A DNA stretch of 63,836 bases, filler included, from Rhabdomonas costata (lineage: Eukaryota), in the NCBI GenBank assembly GCA_019059605.1. It is 24 parts of 24 records of this genome, joined end to end, with 100 filler letters (N's around TTAATTAATTAA, not from the genome) between each part and the next. Parts side by side here need not be neighbours in the genome. Positions count along the whole stretch, not along the records: positions 50,634 to 53,191 come from JAHMHO010002848.1; positions 53,292 to 55,853 come from JAHMHO010002849.1; positions 55,954 to 58,514 come from JAHMHO010002850.1; positions 58,615 to 61,175 come from JAHMHO010002851.1; positions 61,276 to 63,836 come from JAHMHO010002852.1; 19 more parts are not named here. One strand, written 5' to 3'. Shown piece by piece: positions 50,634 to 61,716 of the stretch; within the stretch, counting starts at the first letter, position 1; every line of letters starts with the position of its first letter. The notes beneath the pieces were generated by a model. That model worked only from the letters and a program-made list of their open reading frames with translations. It made no database searches and was not told the DNA's origin. The position numbers were made by a program, and so were the translations under genes.

Positions 50634-50760
50634 GATTTGGGGTTGGGCTTTCGCCCCCGAAGCCCAGACCCATTCCCAACATCGGAAACCCGCCAAACCC
50701 GCCAATGCCACCAAACCCACCCAGGCCCATCCCCAGCAGCGAAAGCCCAAGCCCAAACAT
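50634..50760 (-). CDS. Gly-rich low-complexity peptide (truncated)
   Basis: MFGLGLSLLGMGLGGFGGIGGFGGFPMLGMGLGFGG runs into the contig end. Confidence 0.55.
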
Positions 50761-52091
50761 TAGGACAGTGGATCGCGGGGAAGAAGAAAGGGTTTCCCGA
50801 AGAAGGAAGAGAGTGATGCTGGGCAGAGCAGCGGCTGTGGAAGGAAAGCAAGGCAGGATGGGTGCACCACATGCCGGTTGCATGGCGTCCAGTGGCACAA
50901 AAACGAAGTTGAGCAGGCTGTCTTGAGGTAAATAGCTTTCTCGTGGCTTCCCCCCAACAAAAAATATGTCCCCATCAAACCCTTGTTTTCCATGTCTTGT
51001 CGGATTATCGTGCATTTGCCAGCAACTGTGAATTGGTGTGCGTGAGTGGGTGGGTGGGTTGATGGGTGGGTAGGTGCTTGACGGGTCCTGGAACATCTCA
51101 GCACCGGGAGCACGGCAAGGTTGCCGCACTTGCACTGACGTACCCGCTTTGGTTCCGCTGTCATCTTTCAAATATGGCTCCATCTTCGTGTGTAAGGGCG
51201 TTCCGTGTTCATGCCGATGGAGAAATAACAGGTATTCCAGCCCTTGGCCCCTGCGGTACTGTGTGTTCCGAGCTTGAAAGAAGTGGTGGCGGTCGCACAC
51301 CTCGTGCGACACACAAGCGAACGGGAGGAATCCTTTCTCCCCACGCAAACAAAGCTCAATATCTGCCACAAATCGAAGACCAACAGGCAACGCCGAAATG
51401 TCAGGAGCATCCCAACACCTGGAATGTGGAGCACACGGAAAATGAATCCAGCGCGCACGACGAAGGACGGAGATACCCCGCGCTTCCCGGAACAAAGCGA
51501 TGTGTGAGAGTAAACCCAGAGCAATCTGCAACAACGGCTGAGGCTGTCGCCCGAACACAAGCAACACAAAAATACACGCACCCAAGGAAGGGGTAGGGGC
51601 GTGGATGAGCCTTGAACTTTGGGCTCTATATACACGCCGCCAGGTATTGGCCACTCAGAGAGGGCAGATCATTTCACAGGCTTTGTCCCAAGAATGTCTC
51701 CCCCCACCCCACCCGACCTCTCGCCTCTGCTTATTTTAGCGTCTAGGCCTAACCCAAATGCATCGGCAGCTAACATCCACTCAAGATGTGGGCATAGGTG
51801 CGTTCAAGATGTAGTTAAAAGAAATTTATCCCCGAAAGTAACCGGTACACCAGAAAAAGCAGTCATGAACACCAGGCGACCGTTGACGTGGCTTCAGAAT
51901 TGGGAGGAAGGAGGATGACATAATTCAAACCAAAAACTCCCTGCCGAATTCCACCCAAATCTACGGACAACTTGACCGCGGCCTTCGCGCCACCAACTTC
52001 TCAGCAAGCCTAACGCGCGTCCAGCGCCATGGGGGTGGAGAGGTGGGGAAGTTTCGTCGGGACAAAGCCCCGCCCCTGCGCTTCTCCCTGC

Positions 52092-52337
52092 TTACCAGCC
52101 ATGGTGGTGGTGGTGATGGTGGTGGCCTCCATAGCCCATGCCCATCATGGGCATGCCGTAGCTCATGCCACCGTAGCCCATTCCCATCATGGGCTGGCCG
52201 TAGCTCATGCCGCTGTAGCCCATCCCGCCGTAGCTCCCGTAGCTGCTCATCCCACTCATCATCGGCATGGTGTAGCTTCCCATGCCCATTCCCATGCCGG
52301 ACATCCCAGTCCCGTAGCCGCCATACATCATAGACAT
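52092..52337 (-). CDS. Small Gly/Met/Tyr-rich protein with His7 tail
   Basis: MSMMYGGYGTGMSGMGMG...YGGMSYGMPMMGMGYGGHHHHHHHGW*, preceded by a pyrimidine tract and AG. The end tg|gtaagc could instead be a splice donor. Confidence 0.7.
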   Translation of the reverse strand: MSMMYGGYGTGMSGMGMGMGSYTMPMMSGMSSYGSYGGMGYSGMSYGQPMMGMGYGGMSYGMPMMGMGYGGHHHHHHHHGW

Positions 52338-54033
52338 CGGCTTGTGCGGGGTGGGAGAAAAGACAGGAAAAGCTGACGTGCACGAAACGTGTGTCGCAAC
52401 GCAATTTCCACACCAACCCCATTGTCTTCTTCTTTGACTTAGGGACAGTTGTGTCTGTTTAATCGCCCGCAACCGCCAAAAACAGCAACGTTCTCATGAC
52501 GGTGTGCCGAAACGTAAACCAGACCACTTGAGTCGGAGACGTGCGAAACCGGGGGTCTCGAAGCAATCAATCTCGCGAAGGAACCGATGTGTCAAAAGCC
52601 AGCAGATCCCGACACCATTACAACGAGAACCTGGCGCGGCCTGACAGAATGCAATCTTCAACATGAGAGATGCAGGCAAAAGGTTTTCTTGTTGTTGGAA
52701 AGGTCTTCAGCCACGTTCTGGCCGCTATTCAAAGTGAAGAGTGAATGCCAGTCCTACAGTGGGTGCAAAAGTTGAGAGTGCAGAATTCCGGCAGTATTTT
52801 CGAGGCACTCAGATCTTGTGGGCAGAAAGACTGGTGCAGCGGCTGCGGCCAAAACTCTCAAGGTAAGTCCCTTCCAATTGGAGCCTGATGATGAAAACTT
52901 TCCTCAAACGCTCAACAAAGCTGTACTGTTAAACTAACGTCAAACTGCATGAGTTTACAGCTATAGTCTCTAGAAATTCCTCTTCCCTGGTAACAAGAGC
53001 AAAAACAACCAAACTAAGATTCCGGACAGGACAACAAATACAGAGTTTGGGCCCGTCCAAGATTTAAAATAAAATGAGCAGCCAGGGCGCTCAGAAAAAA
53101 ACAAAAGCAACAGGCGATTGCTTGCAGAAGCGAAGAAGAAAAGAAGGCATTACTGTGGAATACAATAGGATCTTCCCTCCAAGAAGGGAATNNNNNNNNN
53201 NNNNNNNNNNNNNNNNNNNNNNNNNNNNNNNNNNNTTAATTAATTAANNNNNNNNNNNNNNNNNNNNNNNNNNNNNNNNNNNNNNNNNNNNTTTTGTGTG
53301 TAATCACTCGCCCCTCGCCCCCCCCCCCCCCCATGAAGCTGTGTGCTCCGGCGATGAGTTGGATATTAATTCAACAGGGGGCGTTTGTCCAAGGTTCATC
53401 CTTTTCCTGCCTGCCGGTAAAATATTCTACCAAACCATAGAGCCCAGAGAGAGAGACCCCATATCCAGCGCAGTATTAGCTAAGGGAAAAGTTACAGTAG
53501 AAGAAGTCACAAGCCAGTAGCAGACTGGGAAGGAAGACAAACGGGGAGATCACCGATCACCAAGCTGAAAAGACAACCAAGGCGGCTCGGTGCGGCATGC
53601 CGCACGAACCAGGAAACCAAAAACATGAGGGATAGCAGGGCCACAGTTAGCTCAGACGTTCCTGCCTCCCATGGATGCCAAGGATCCTTCGACAAAAACC
53701 TCCCACACCCACCTCGTCCCCCCCACAAACCATAACAGATAAGCAGACTGAAACATGAAAGTCCACAAAACCAGAGTGTTGCGATGGGGAAGGAAGTAGA
53801 GCGCAGACCACCCGTGCAGTGAAGGAAACGCAAAGAAGAGCGAAGAAAGCAAAAACGCTTTTGGCACAGAGATGCTCGCTTCGCAGCTGGACAAAGGTCG
53901 CAGGGCAAGAAGCACAACAAGGGACGGGACGGATGAGGGTGGTTTGGGTGATTTAGGATGGGAGAGTGATTTGGGTGATTCGGGTCGAGCGAGGAAGTCG
54001 GCCTCCCCCCCTCCCTTTCACTGCCGTCTCAGG

Positions 54034-55850
54034 CTATCGCCGTCCTCCTGGAAGGCAGAGAGGGTTCTGGATGGTAGGCAGGGCAGGAATGCTGCTGCTA
54101 CGGCCGCGGTCAGCACCTCCCGAGGTGAGAACACGGGCAGTGGCAGGGGCGGCAGGGGGTGGACCCACTGGGGGAGTAGGAGTCTGCCGCGGGGCAGCAA
54201 GTAATCCATTCATTTCTCCCATTCACCCACACCCAAACAGATGGCACGTTCACGATCATTTATTTCCTTGCAAAAGGGCGTTCAGTATCAGTTGAAATCA
54301 TTACAGAAGGACATTGCGGACAGCAAGTCCTCTCTCGGTAGGGGAGGGGAATATTGAGCGTAGAGCAGGCTTCTTTCCGCTGAATTCAGTTTGATACTCC
54401 CTAACCCCCGCCCCCGGAAAAACTGCGAAAACACTGATAAATGGGCCCACAGCGGCCCCACCCAGAAACACTTTCATCCAAACCGGAGGAAAAGTACCAA
54501 CCCAACCATTCGAAAAACCCATGAAAACTGCTTTTCAGAGTTCGTGGAGCACACCCAAGAATCTAAAAACAAGACAGGACCCCTTCCTAAGAAATGTACG
54601 GAAGTGAAGACCACAGGATCATAATGCGCAATAATTTCTCACCACAAAGCAGCATTACTGGAGTATCACCACGCGGTACCTGTAGTTGAGGCAGTGACAC
54701 GGAACGGACAGGCCGGAAGCGAGCAGGCCGTGGCACAGGCGGGGGGCGAGGAACCTGAACGACTCCACGGGGTTCCTGATGCACGCAAGAAATCGGAGGA
54801 ATGCCTCGTTTTCCATCCCAAAATTTTCTGGCTAAGGATCATCCACACATATACACGCACACACAAACATACGCAGAAGTCGCGCGTGTGAGCTGAGCCA
54901 CGGCTTCACAAGGTGCTGGCCATTAAATGCAATTCAACACCCGGTTTTCTTGGGCACAGTTTGTGTTCTGGCTTCTGACAGCTGTAAAAAAAAAGTCAGT
55001 GGCATATTTCAGAAAAAAGTCATAATGCATACCAAGGTAGGGGAGGTAGGCTCTGTATGGGAAACCTGTGCTGCGGCGGCCTCGGGCGCCGGGCCCTCCC
55101 GGAACCACACCGCCGCCGCCGACGGGCACACAAAGGCACCCTTCCGCGAAAGCTTCACACAATTCACGCTGTTGTTGCCCGGCACGAACAGCCCAGGCAC
55201 GCATTCCGTGGGGGCCAGTGCGTGAAGGCTGACCTTCCGTCGCATCACTGTGGAGCAGTACCGGGCGTCCCGCCCCAGGGCCTGGTACTTGTGCTCCTGC
55301 GCCAGCTCCTCCATCGCCCCGTCGAGAGACTCGCCCTGAGGAGGTCAGCACGCACCGAGCAGCTGCTCAGTCAGCACAACAGGCACAATGGAAGCTTCAT
55401 GGCTGGGGCGCTGGAGTCTCGCCTCTGCTATAAAATTGCAAAAGTGGGGAGATTCATCTTGTTTTCATTTGTTCGTTGAGTTCCAAAGCGATGGCCCTGT
55501 GTCTACCAGCAGATACATTCCGACCATGCCACCACACAGTGCTCTTGGGTGTACCCTTGGGCTTGCTCAGCAACGGAGCTTGTTGTCCAAAAAGCTGCCC
55601 ATTCAGGCTTGGAAACGCGGCACAGTTTTCATTTCAGAAAAGAGATTTTCAATGTGAATGATTCACCGCTGGAAGACCCCTCCGACGCGACAAAAAGCGC
55701 AAGTTATTTGCATTTCTACTGCAAAAATCACACCCCAACGAACAAGATTCCTGCCTCCTCCCCTATCGAATGGAATTTGGCTACTGGGCACCTCGGCGAA
55801 GCGGGCCTGCAGCTTCTCCATGACTTCTTCCACGGGGTTCTCCACCAGAA
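54034..55850 (-). CDS. Multi-exon hypothetical protein (partial)
   Basis: Phase-0 GT-AG exons: LLVENPVEEVMEKLQARFAE | GESLDGAMEELAQEHKYQALG...AAAAQ | EPRGVVQVPRPP...LQ. No family recognised. Confidence 0.5.
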
Positions 55851-56192
55851 GAGNNNNNNNNNNNNNNNNNNNNNNNNNNNNNNNNNNNNNNNNNNNNTTA
55901 ATTAATTAANNNNNNNNNNNNNNNNNNNNNNNNNNNNNNNNNNNNNNNNNNNNGTGGTGGTGTGTGAGAAAAAGGACCGCAGCCATAACCACATGCACGT
56001 TAGTCGAATGGATGCAAAAACCACAAAATTATGAAAGACGTCACCAGCACAAATATAACTACCACCCAAAAAGCTATGAATCATGAAGACGTCACCTGCA
56101 CAAACAAAGCTCAAAAAATCAGCAGATCCCAAGACGTTTCAATATTCAGTGGAGACGGGGAGTCGTGCCTCGCACAACTACAGCAGCTGGCA

Positions 56193-56849
56193 TCACCAGG
56201 CATTACCGCGTTTGGGGAGAAAGCCGAGCCCTTTGGCAACAGCCCTTTTGTGCAGACCTAAAATGCAGAAGGTCCAGGCCTCGACGGGGTTGTGCCCCTC
56301 AGGGGCGGTCTTGATTTCCCGCAAGCCATTCCTCCGGGTGGCATGGTACGCCACCAGGGTCACCCCATCCACGGACAGGGCCAAGGCGCTCTCAAAAGGA
56401 GAGCTGTAGAACGCCGCCGCGGCGTGCGCCGGGTGGTGGCCCTGGTACATCCACCGCGGGGAGGGTGCCAGCCTCTGGAACGCAGGCTTCATCCACAGCA
56501 AAGAGTCATCCCCGGGGCCGTCAGAGACCACAGCATCGAAGTGGGCACACGGGGCCGGGCCCCCGCCCGCTGCAGTGTGGGCGACGCAGATCTGAGGCAG
56601 GGCGACCTGGAACACCTTGTCAAACAGAGTTTGGTTGGTCATCAGGGCGTTGAAGCAGGTCTGGTTGGTGCAGAACGGGTGGTAGTGCTGCAGCTCCATG
56701 GCGGTGCAGAACCCCGAGGTGCACAGGGTGAGGCAAACGTCGTGGTAGAAGAACAGCCCGGACAGCACCGTCGTCGCCTCGGACAGGAGGGGGGCCAGCG
56801 CAAGTGACGCCACCACCACCAGAATAAGAACGACCGCCCTCCACTCCAT
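56193..56849 (-). CDS. Second NodU/CmcH-family carbamoyltransferase-like protein with signal peptide (first exon)
   Basis: Signal-like start MEWRAVVLILVVVASLALAPLLSEA. Motifs: LSGLFFYHDVCLTL and RWMYQGHHPAHAAAAFYSSPFESALALSVDG (canonical HH.AHA..AFY.SPF..AL....DG). There is probably an intron donor near 56207. Confidence 0.85.
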   Translation of the reverse strand: MEWRAVVLILVVVASLALAPLLSEATTVLSGLFFYHDVCLTLCTSGFCTAMELQHYHPFCTNQTCFNALMTNQTLFDKVFQVALPQICVAHTAAGGGPAPCAHFDAVVSDGPGDDSLLWMKPAFQRLAPSPRWMYQGHHPAHAAAAFYSSPFESALALSVDGVTLVAYHATRRNGLREIKTAPEGHNPVEAWTFCILGLHKRAVAKGLGFLPKRGNAW

Positions 56850-59324
56850 TGCCGAAAGCGGAAAAAACAAAACAAAACGAAAAAGAGAGCAATCAAGGTT
56901 GCGGGGGGCAACCTGCTTCAGGGCTGGCAAGCAGAATGGTGCGAAGTTGCACACGTGATCAGGAGGGGAAGAACCCCTGCCAGTCAATATCACGGAAGAG
57001 ATTATGCAACACCAACTAGGCCTTAATGTAAAATGAGCCTATGTAAAAAATTGTGAGAATCGTCTCGTGCACAGCAACATGGGCGGATAAATAACTCCAC
57101 CGTGCCACCGCCATCACCAACACAGAGCATGCCCCCCAAAAATCCAGCACCCCCCCCCCCTATTGCAGTGGGTTACGTTGCGGTGCACGCGTTTTTTGAG
57201 ATTCGACAGATCAATTGGAGGGGTTTTGGGAGGCGGCACACGCATCCCCTGGGGTTCTACCAGAAGCGTTAGCAGGGGGCAAGTTTGCCACGCACGTGTC
57301 TCCGCAACCTGGCATTCAGCAGATCAAATGGGGAACAGCAGAGTGGAGCAACCCCGAAACGAGAGGGACATACGCTAAGGGGAATACGCTGAGCTTCTGT
57401 GGAGGCGTTATCTAAGCCAGAGTGTCCGCCAACAGATGGCCAAAAAGAACTTAAACACCCCCGGAAACAGCGGGAAGGTCGTGCGCACGGTCTCGTGAGC
57501 AAAGAGTTCCATGCACCAAGCACCACGCACCACGATTTTTCGCGCGGGCAAGTTAGCTGTATCATTTTGAGGGTAACACAGCGTGCGTGTCTTTGTGTAC
57601 CCGCTAGCCGTGGGGAGGTGGAGGCAAAGCCCCCGCCATCACCAACTACCGGCCCCGCGAGGAGGCGGCCGCGGACTCTGCAAAAGACTCCGTGGTCGCC
57701 TCCTCGTCAAAGCCGTTAGCCGTTAGAACCTGCCCAAAACAAACAATCACAGAGAGCCACAGCAACAGAGAAACAAAGCCACCCAATTAGTGCAGGGAGA
57801 TTCAGATTCGGGGGAAGCCCACAACAATAACTAGCGGCAAACCGCTCCAATCGCTGCTTGTTCGTGTGTGATGGTACCTCCATCCTGCATTCTCTCAATA
57901 CCACCCTCGTTCATCCCCTGCCTCGCAACTCTTCTTTTGCAGGAACGATGGCGGGTGTTTCCACAGAGCACAGCGCAAAGTGGTTGAGTCGGAAGACGTT
58001 TGTCAGGGTTGCTGAGTGGGGCTTTTTCTTCTTGCGGTGGCTGAAACGACCGGACGACCGGAGCCTGCAGCAAAAGCTCACAGGCCTCCATTAAGCTCAG
58101 GCATGCCCACGGCCCCACCTTTCTGTGCAGGAGAGTCGCCCACCACCTCTTTCCAGGTTTCGGCACTTCTCCTTTCCGCATCAGTATTCTATTTTCACTC
58201 CACCGTCTTTCCTCCCCTTCCCTTGCCCACCTCCGAAATTTGTTTTCTTGCCCCCCTCCCTCCACACAGTCCTCACCACACCCATGTCCTGTGGGATGGC
58301 CTATACGACGCCTATGGGCATACTATGCAGGGAAAAACGGGCGGCTCTTTGGTGGTTCTCCATCGCACTTCTGTAATTTACTTGCCGCTTACACTACTCT
58401 CTCGGTACTGCAGCTTACCTCTTTCTGTTGTTGCATAGTTCTGATCCCAGCCAACCGGAAACGTTTGTGGTCCAACAAAAGCAGCCTTTCTGCGCGGACC
58501 AGCGAACAAAAAAANNNNNNNNNNNNNNNNNNNNNNNNNNNNNNNNNNNNNNNNNNNNTTAATTAATTAANNNNNNNNNNNNNNNNNNNNNNNNNNNNNN
58601 NNNNNNNNNNNNNNGGGTGTTGTTAGGTGGATGGATGGACGGGATGGGGGATTGAGGGCGATTCCCCACAACATAGTGCCGAATCGCCCTCAATCCCCCA
58701 TCCCGTCCATCCATCCACCTAACATCCTCCCATATCTCCTTCCATCAAGTTCACACACATGAAAAGCACCTGAAAGCATGTACACTCCCATCAAGGCGCC
58801 ACCTCACCCGTGAACCACAGGCATGTGGAAACGGGGAAAACCGGACATGGAGTGACTTGGCAAACCCAAACCAATGCAAGCCACGAAGATGAAGTAGAGC
58901 GTCGCAGTCAAGAAAAACGAATGTCAGCCACGCTTTACATCAACGAAAAGCATGTTGTGGGGTAGGAGGTACGAGTCACGCATGCGTTTGTCGCAGGCGA
59001 AGCCAGAAACTCAGGGGTGGTCACGCGGAGGCCGGCGTGCCAGCTCCCTGCCCAAAAACTCAAGTCATAGAGAATGGTTTGTGTGTGTGAGAGTTCTTTT
59101 GTAGATCGTGATCCCTTCAGCACACTTCTTTCCAGCAACCCTCCAGGAAATGGTGATAAGGGAGCCGCTGCAGCTCATGGCCGCCTGCCTGCTGGCGGCC
59201 TTGGTGCGCCCGATGCACCCCGAATGTATGAGCATTTCCAAGAGCAGCCAGAAAGTACATGTGAGAGACGGGACAGGGCTGACTGTGACCAAAATAAGAA
59301 AGCAAAAGTTGACAGCAGACGTTC

Positions 59325-60272
59325 TCACGCAGAACTAAGTGTAACCACACTCGGCCTGTCGTCGACAACTGCCGACTGTCGCCGCAAAAAGCTCGCCACC
59401 GAAGAGACCACAGAAAGACGCACAGGAAGCCGTGCAGAGTGGCGTGCAGAAACACGGGCTGTAAGCCCACCGTTATTCTCATGAACACGGCCCCGCTTCA
59501 AGTTGGACGCCCCAACATTGGTCTCATCGCACTTTGGACAGCTCAGTGGCATCTGGCAGCGGTCGCAGACCAGATCCTTCGGAGGCGGGAAGGTCCGCCC
59601 CGACAGCTCCACAGGAAGCACGTGCACGATGTGCTGGGCCACCGGGATCCCCTTGAGGACATGGCTGCCCATGTCCACCACCTCCAGCCCAGAGAGAACC
59701 GCGGCGTCCTCGCTGAGCACTTGGAATGCCTCCGCAGACATGCAGATCTGGCCCCCCTTGGCCTTGGCCTCGATCCGAGCAGTGATGTTTACTACGTTGC
59801 CAAAGTAGCTGAAGGAGAATCCAAAATAAACCCCCACCCAAAGAGGCAGCAGAAAAAAGAATCCCCCCGCCAAAAAAAAAGCGCTAGGCCCTTTCACAAT
59901 CGGAGAGGGATTCGAAAAGCAAGCACGCGGGCAGCTGTGGCACAATCCTCACGAAGCCAATACATGAATCGTGGAGGGCTGAAGTTGGCCCCAAAAGAAG
60001 GGGGTTAGGTGGTGGCAGCTCACATACTCCACGATCCCGCCGTCGATTTTTGGGTACAGATCTCCCACGTGGATCCCCATTCGCACTCGCAGTCCGTGCC
60101 ACAGAAGCTTCTCAGCGTTGCGCGGGGAGAACTCCGTGGGCAGCTGGGGGTCACTGAGGATGGCCTGGGGCCACCGCACCTCCAGCAGCTCCTTCTGCAC
60201 CGCAAAGGCGAACTGGGTCGCCGCACAGACATCCGGGAAGGCAATCATAAACGAGTCGCCCTGGGTCTTTAC
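59325..60272 (-). CDS. Class III adenylate/guanylate cyclase catalytic domain (partial)
   Basis: Exon 60272-60028 (VKTQGDSFMIAF...WHGLRVRMGIHVG...GIVD) plus an exon from 59808 (YFGNVVNITARIEAKAKGGQICMS...GSHVLKGI). The Lys in VKT suggests ATP specificity. Confidence 0.95.
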
Positions 60273-61275
60273 CTGCAAAAAAAAGGTTCCACAGCCAGAG
60301 CTGGGAGGGCATTCTTCGAATCGTCAGGTGAGCATTGTTGCCTTCTTGTGTTGTTGTGTCAATCATATGCAGAAAAGGGCTGGAAATAAAAATATTTAAT
60401 TGGCATTACTACAAATGACGGGACAGAAGGCAAAGCAAGAGGTATACCAAAGGTCACTGGAAGAAGCCCCGCATATTCGTACTGCGGGTCCCAGCACCGT
60501 CATGAGCCCAGAAATACGCCATATAAATCCATTGTTTCAGCGAGAGAGTAGAAGAGAGTAGAAGGAAGGATGCATCGCCACCAAACCCTAAGTTGCTGCA
60601 CGTGCATGTTGTCCTAAGCCCTGCGAGATCATTGTCCTCACCTGTGGCCCGTCATTTACAGTTGTGCCATTTAATTGATGAACCCCTTCCCTAATGTTCC
60701 ATCGGTTGGTCTCACAACTGAGATTCGCTAAAAGTTCGCATATTGATTGATGTTATTAGGGTTCCAGCCAAATCCGGTTCAACACCAATAAAGCAGAAGA
60801 GAAACTCAGAGGAAATGCAGACTCTTGCCTGCAGGTTGAGCGATAATAAAAAGGAGGCTTCAGTAGGCTTGAGTGTGGCTTTTCGATCTCAGCCTCGAGA
60901 CCTCCTGGGATGAATAGGGTACCCCACAAATAGTGCGTGTGTTTTGGGGGGGAGGTGGCCGAACAACTCAGATCGTGATATGATGCCGTTAAGGCTGTGC
61001 ATACATGACCGCCCCCCGCCCTTCCTTCCCAACAGGGATCCCTGGCCTGCAGGCGCTGGCCCAATCAGCAGCTGAGGCGTGGAGACACACCATCGGCGAA
61101 TTAGGCATTTGGGACATTTCCTGGACTGCATGGCGAGTGATGGTTGATTCGCCGATGGTGTGTCTCCACCCCACANNNNNNNNNNNNNNNNNNNNNNNNN
61201 NNNNNNNNNNNNNNNNNNNTTAATTAATTAANNNNNNNNNNNNNNNNNNNNNNNNNNNNNNNNNNNNNNNNNNNN

Positions 61276-61716
61276 GTGGAGGGGGCTCGGGTACTCCGCG
61301 TACTCCGAGTAGGAGGTGCACACGGGGCGGCGACAGGCCCTTTTGCTGGGCGGGTGCTTCAAGAGCTCCGTGGAAAACGCCTGGTACTGCTGCTCTTGCT
61401 GATACTCTTGTTGGTACTCTTGCACCTGCTGTTGCTGGTCGGGTACAAGTGGGGGACGTGGAGCGTGGGAGGAGTGGGATAGGGTGGTATCCTGGGCGGG
61501 TGAAGGGCATGGGAGGCCACCAACGGGCTGGAAGCCTGGGAAGTCCGCCCAGTTAATCAGGTGGCAGAGGTTCTGCTCTGCGTGAGAATGTTTAAAGGGG
61601 GGGGAAAGTGAGTGAATGTGGCTCGGGCCATGTCAAAAGTGAGGAGGAAGAAACTGAAGCTTACGTCACGCATCGGAAAAACATCAATAGATTCCGGAGA
61701 AGACATCCTGGACTAA
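61276..61716 (-). CDS. Hypothetical Gln/Pro-rich protein, 5' part
   Basis: Possible exons MSSPESIDVFPMRD|gtaagc and NLCHLINWADFPGFQ...DQQQQVQEYQQEYQQEQQYQ. Confidence 0.35.

Noticed and set aside
51160-51290. RRGQGLEYLLF...MEPYLKD as a chromodomain remnant within the 358-aa ORF
   Set aside because: It lacks the conserved Trp residues and no integrase is nearby. The long ORF looks like chance read-through.
58621-58724. Perfect 44-bp hairpin, with similar ones at 61079-61169, 63746-63826 and 2543-2567
   Set aside because: All sit at contig termini beside the low-complexity tails, which is typical of fold-back library chimeras rather than MITEs or structured RNAs.
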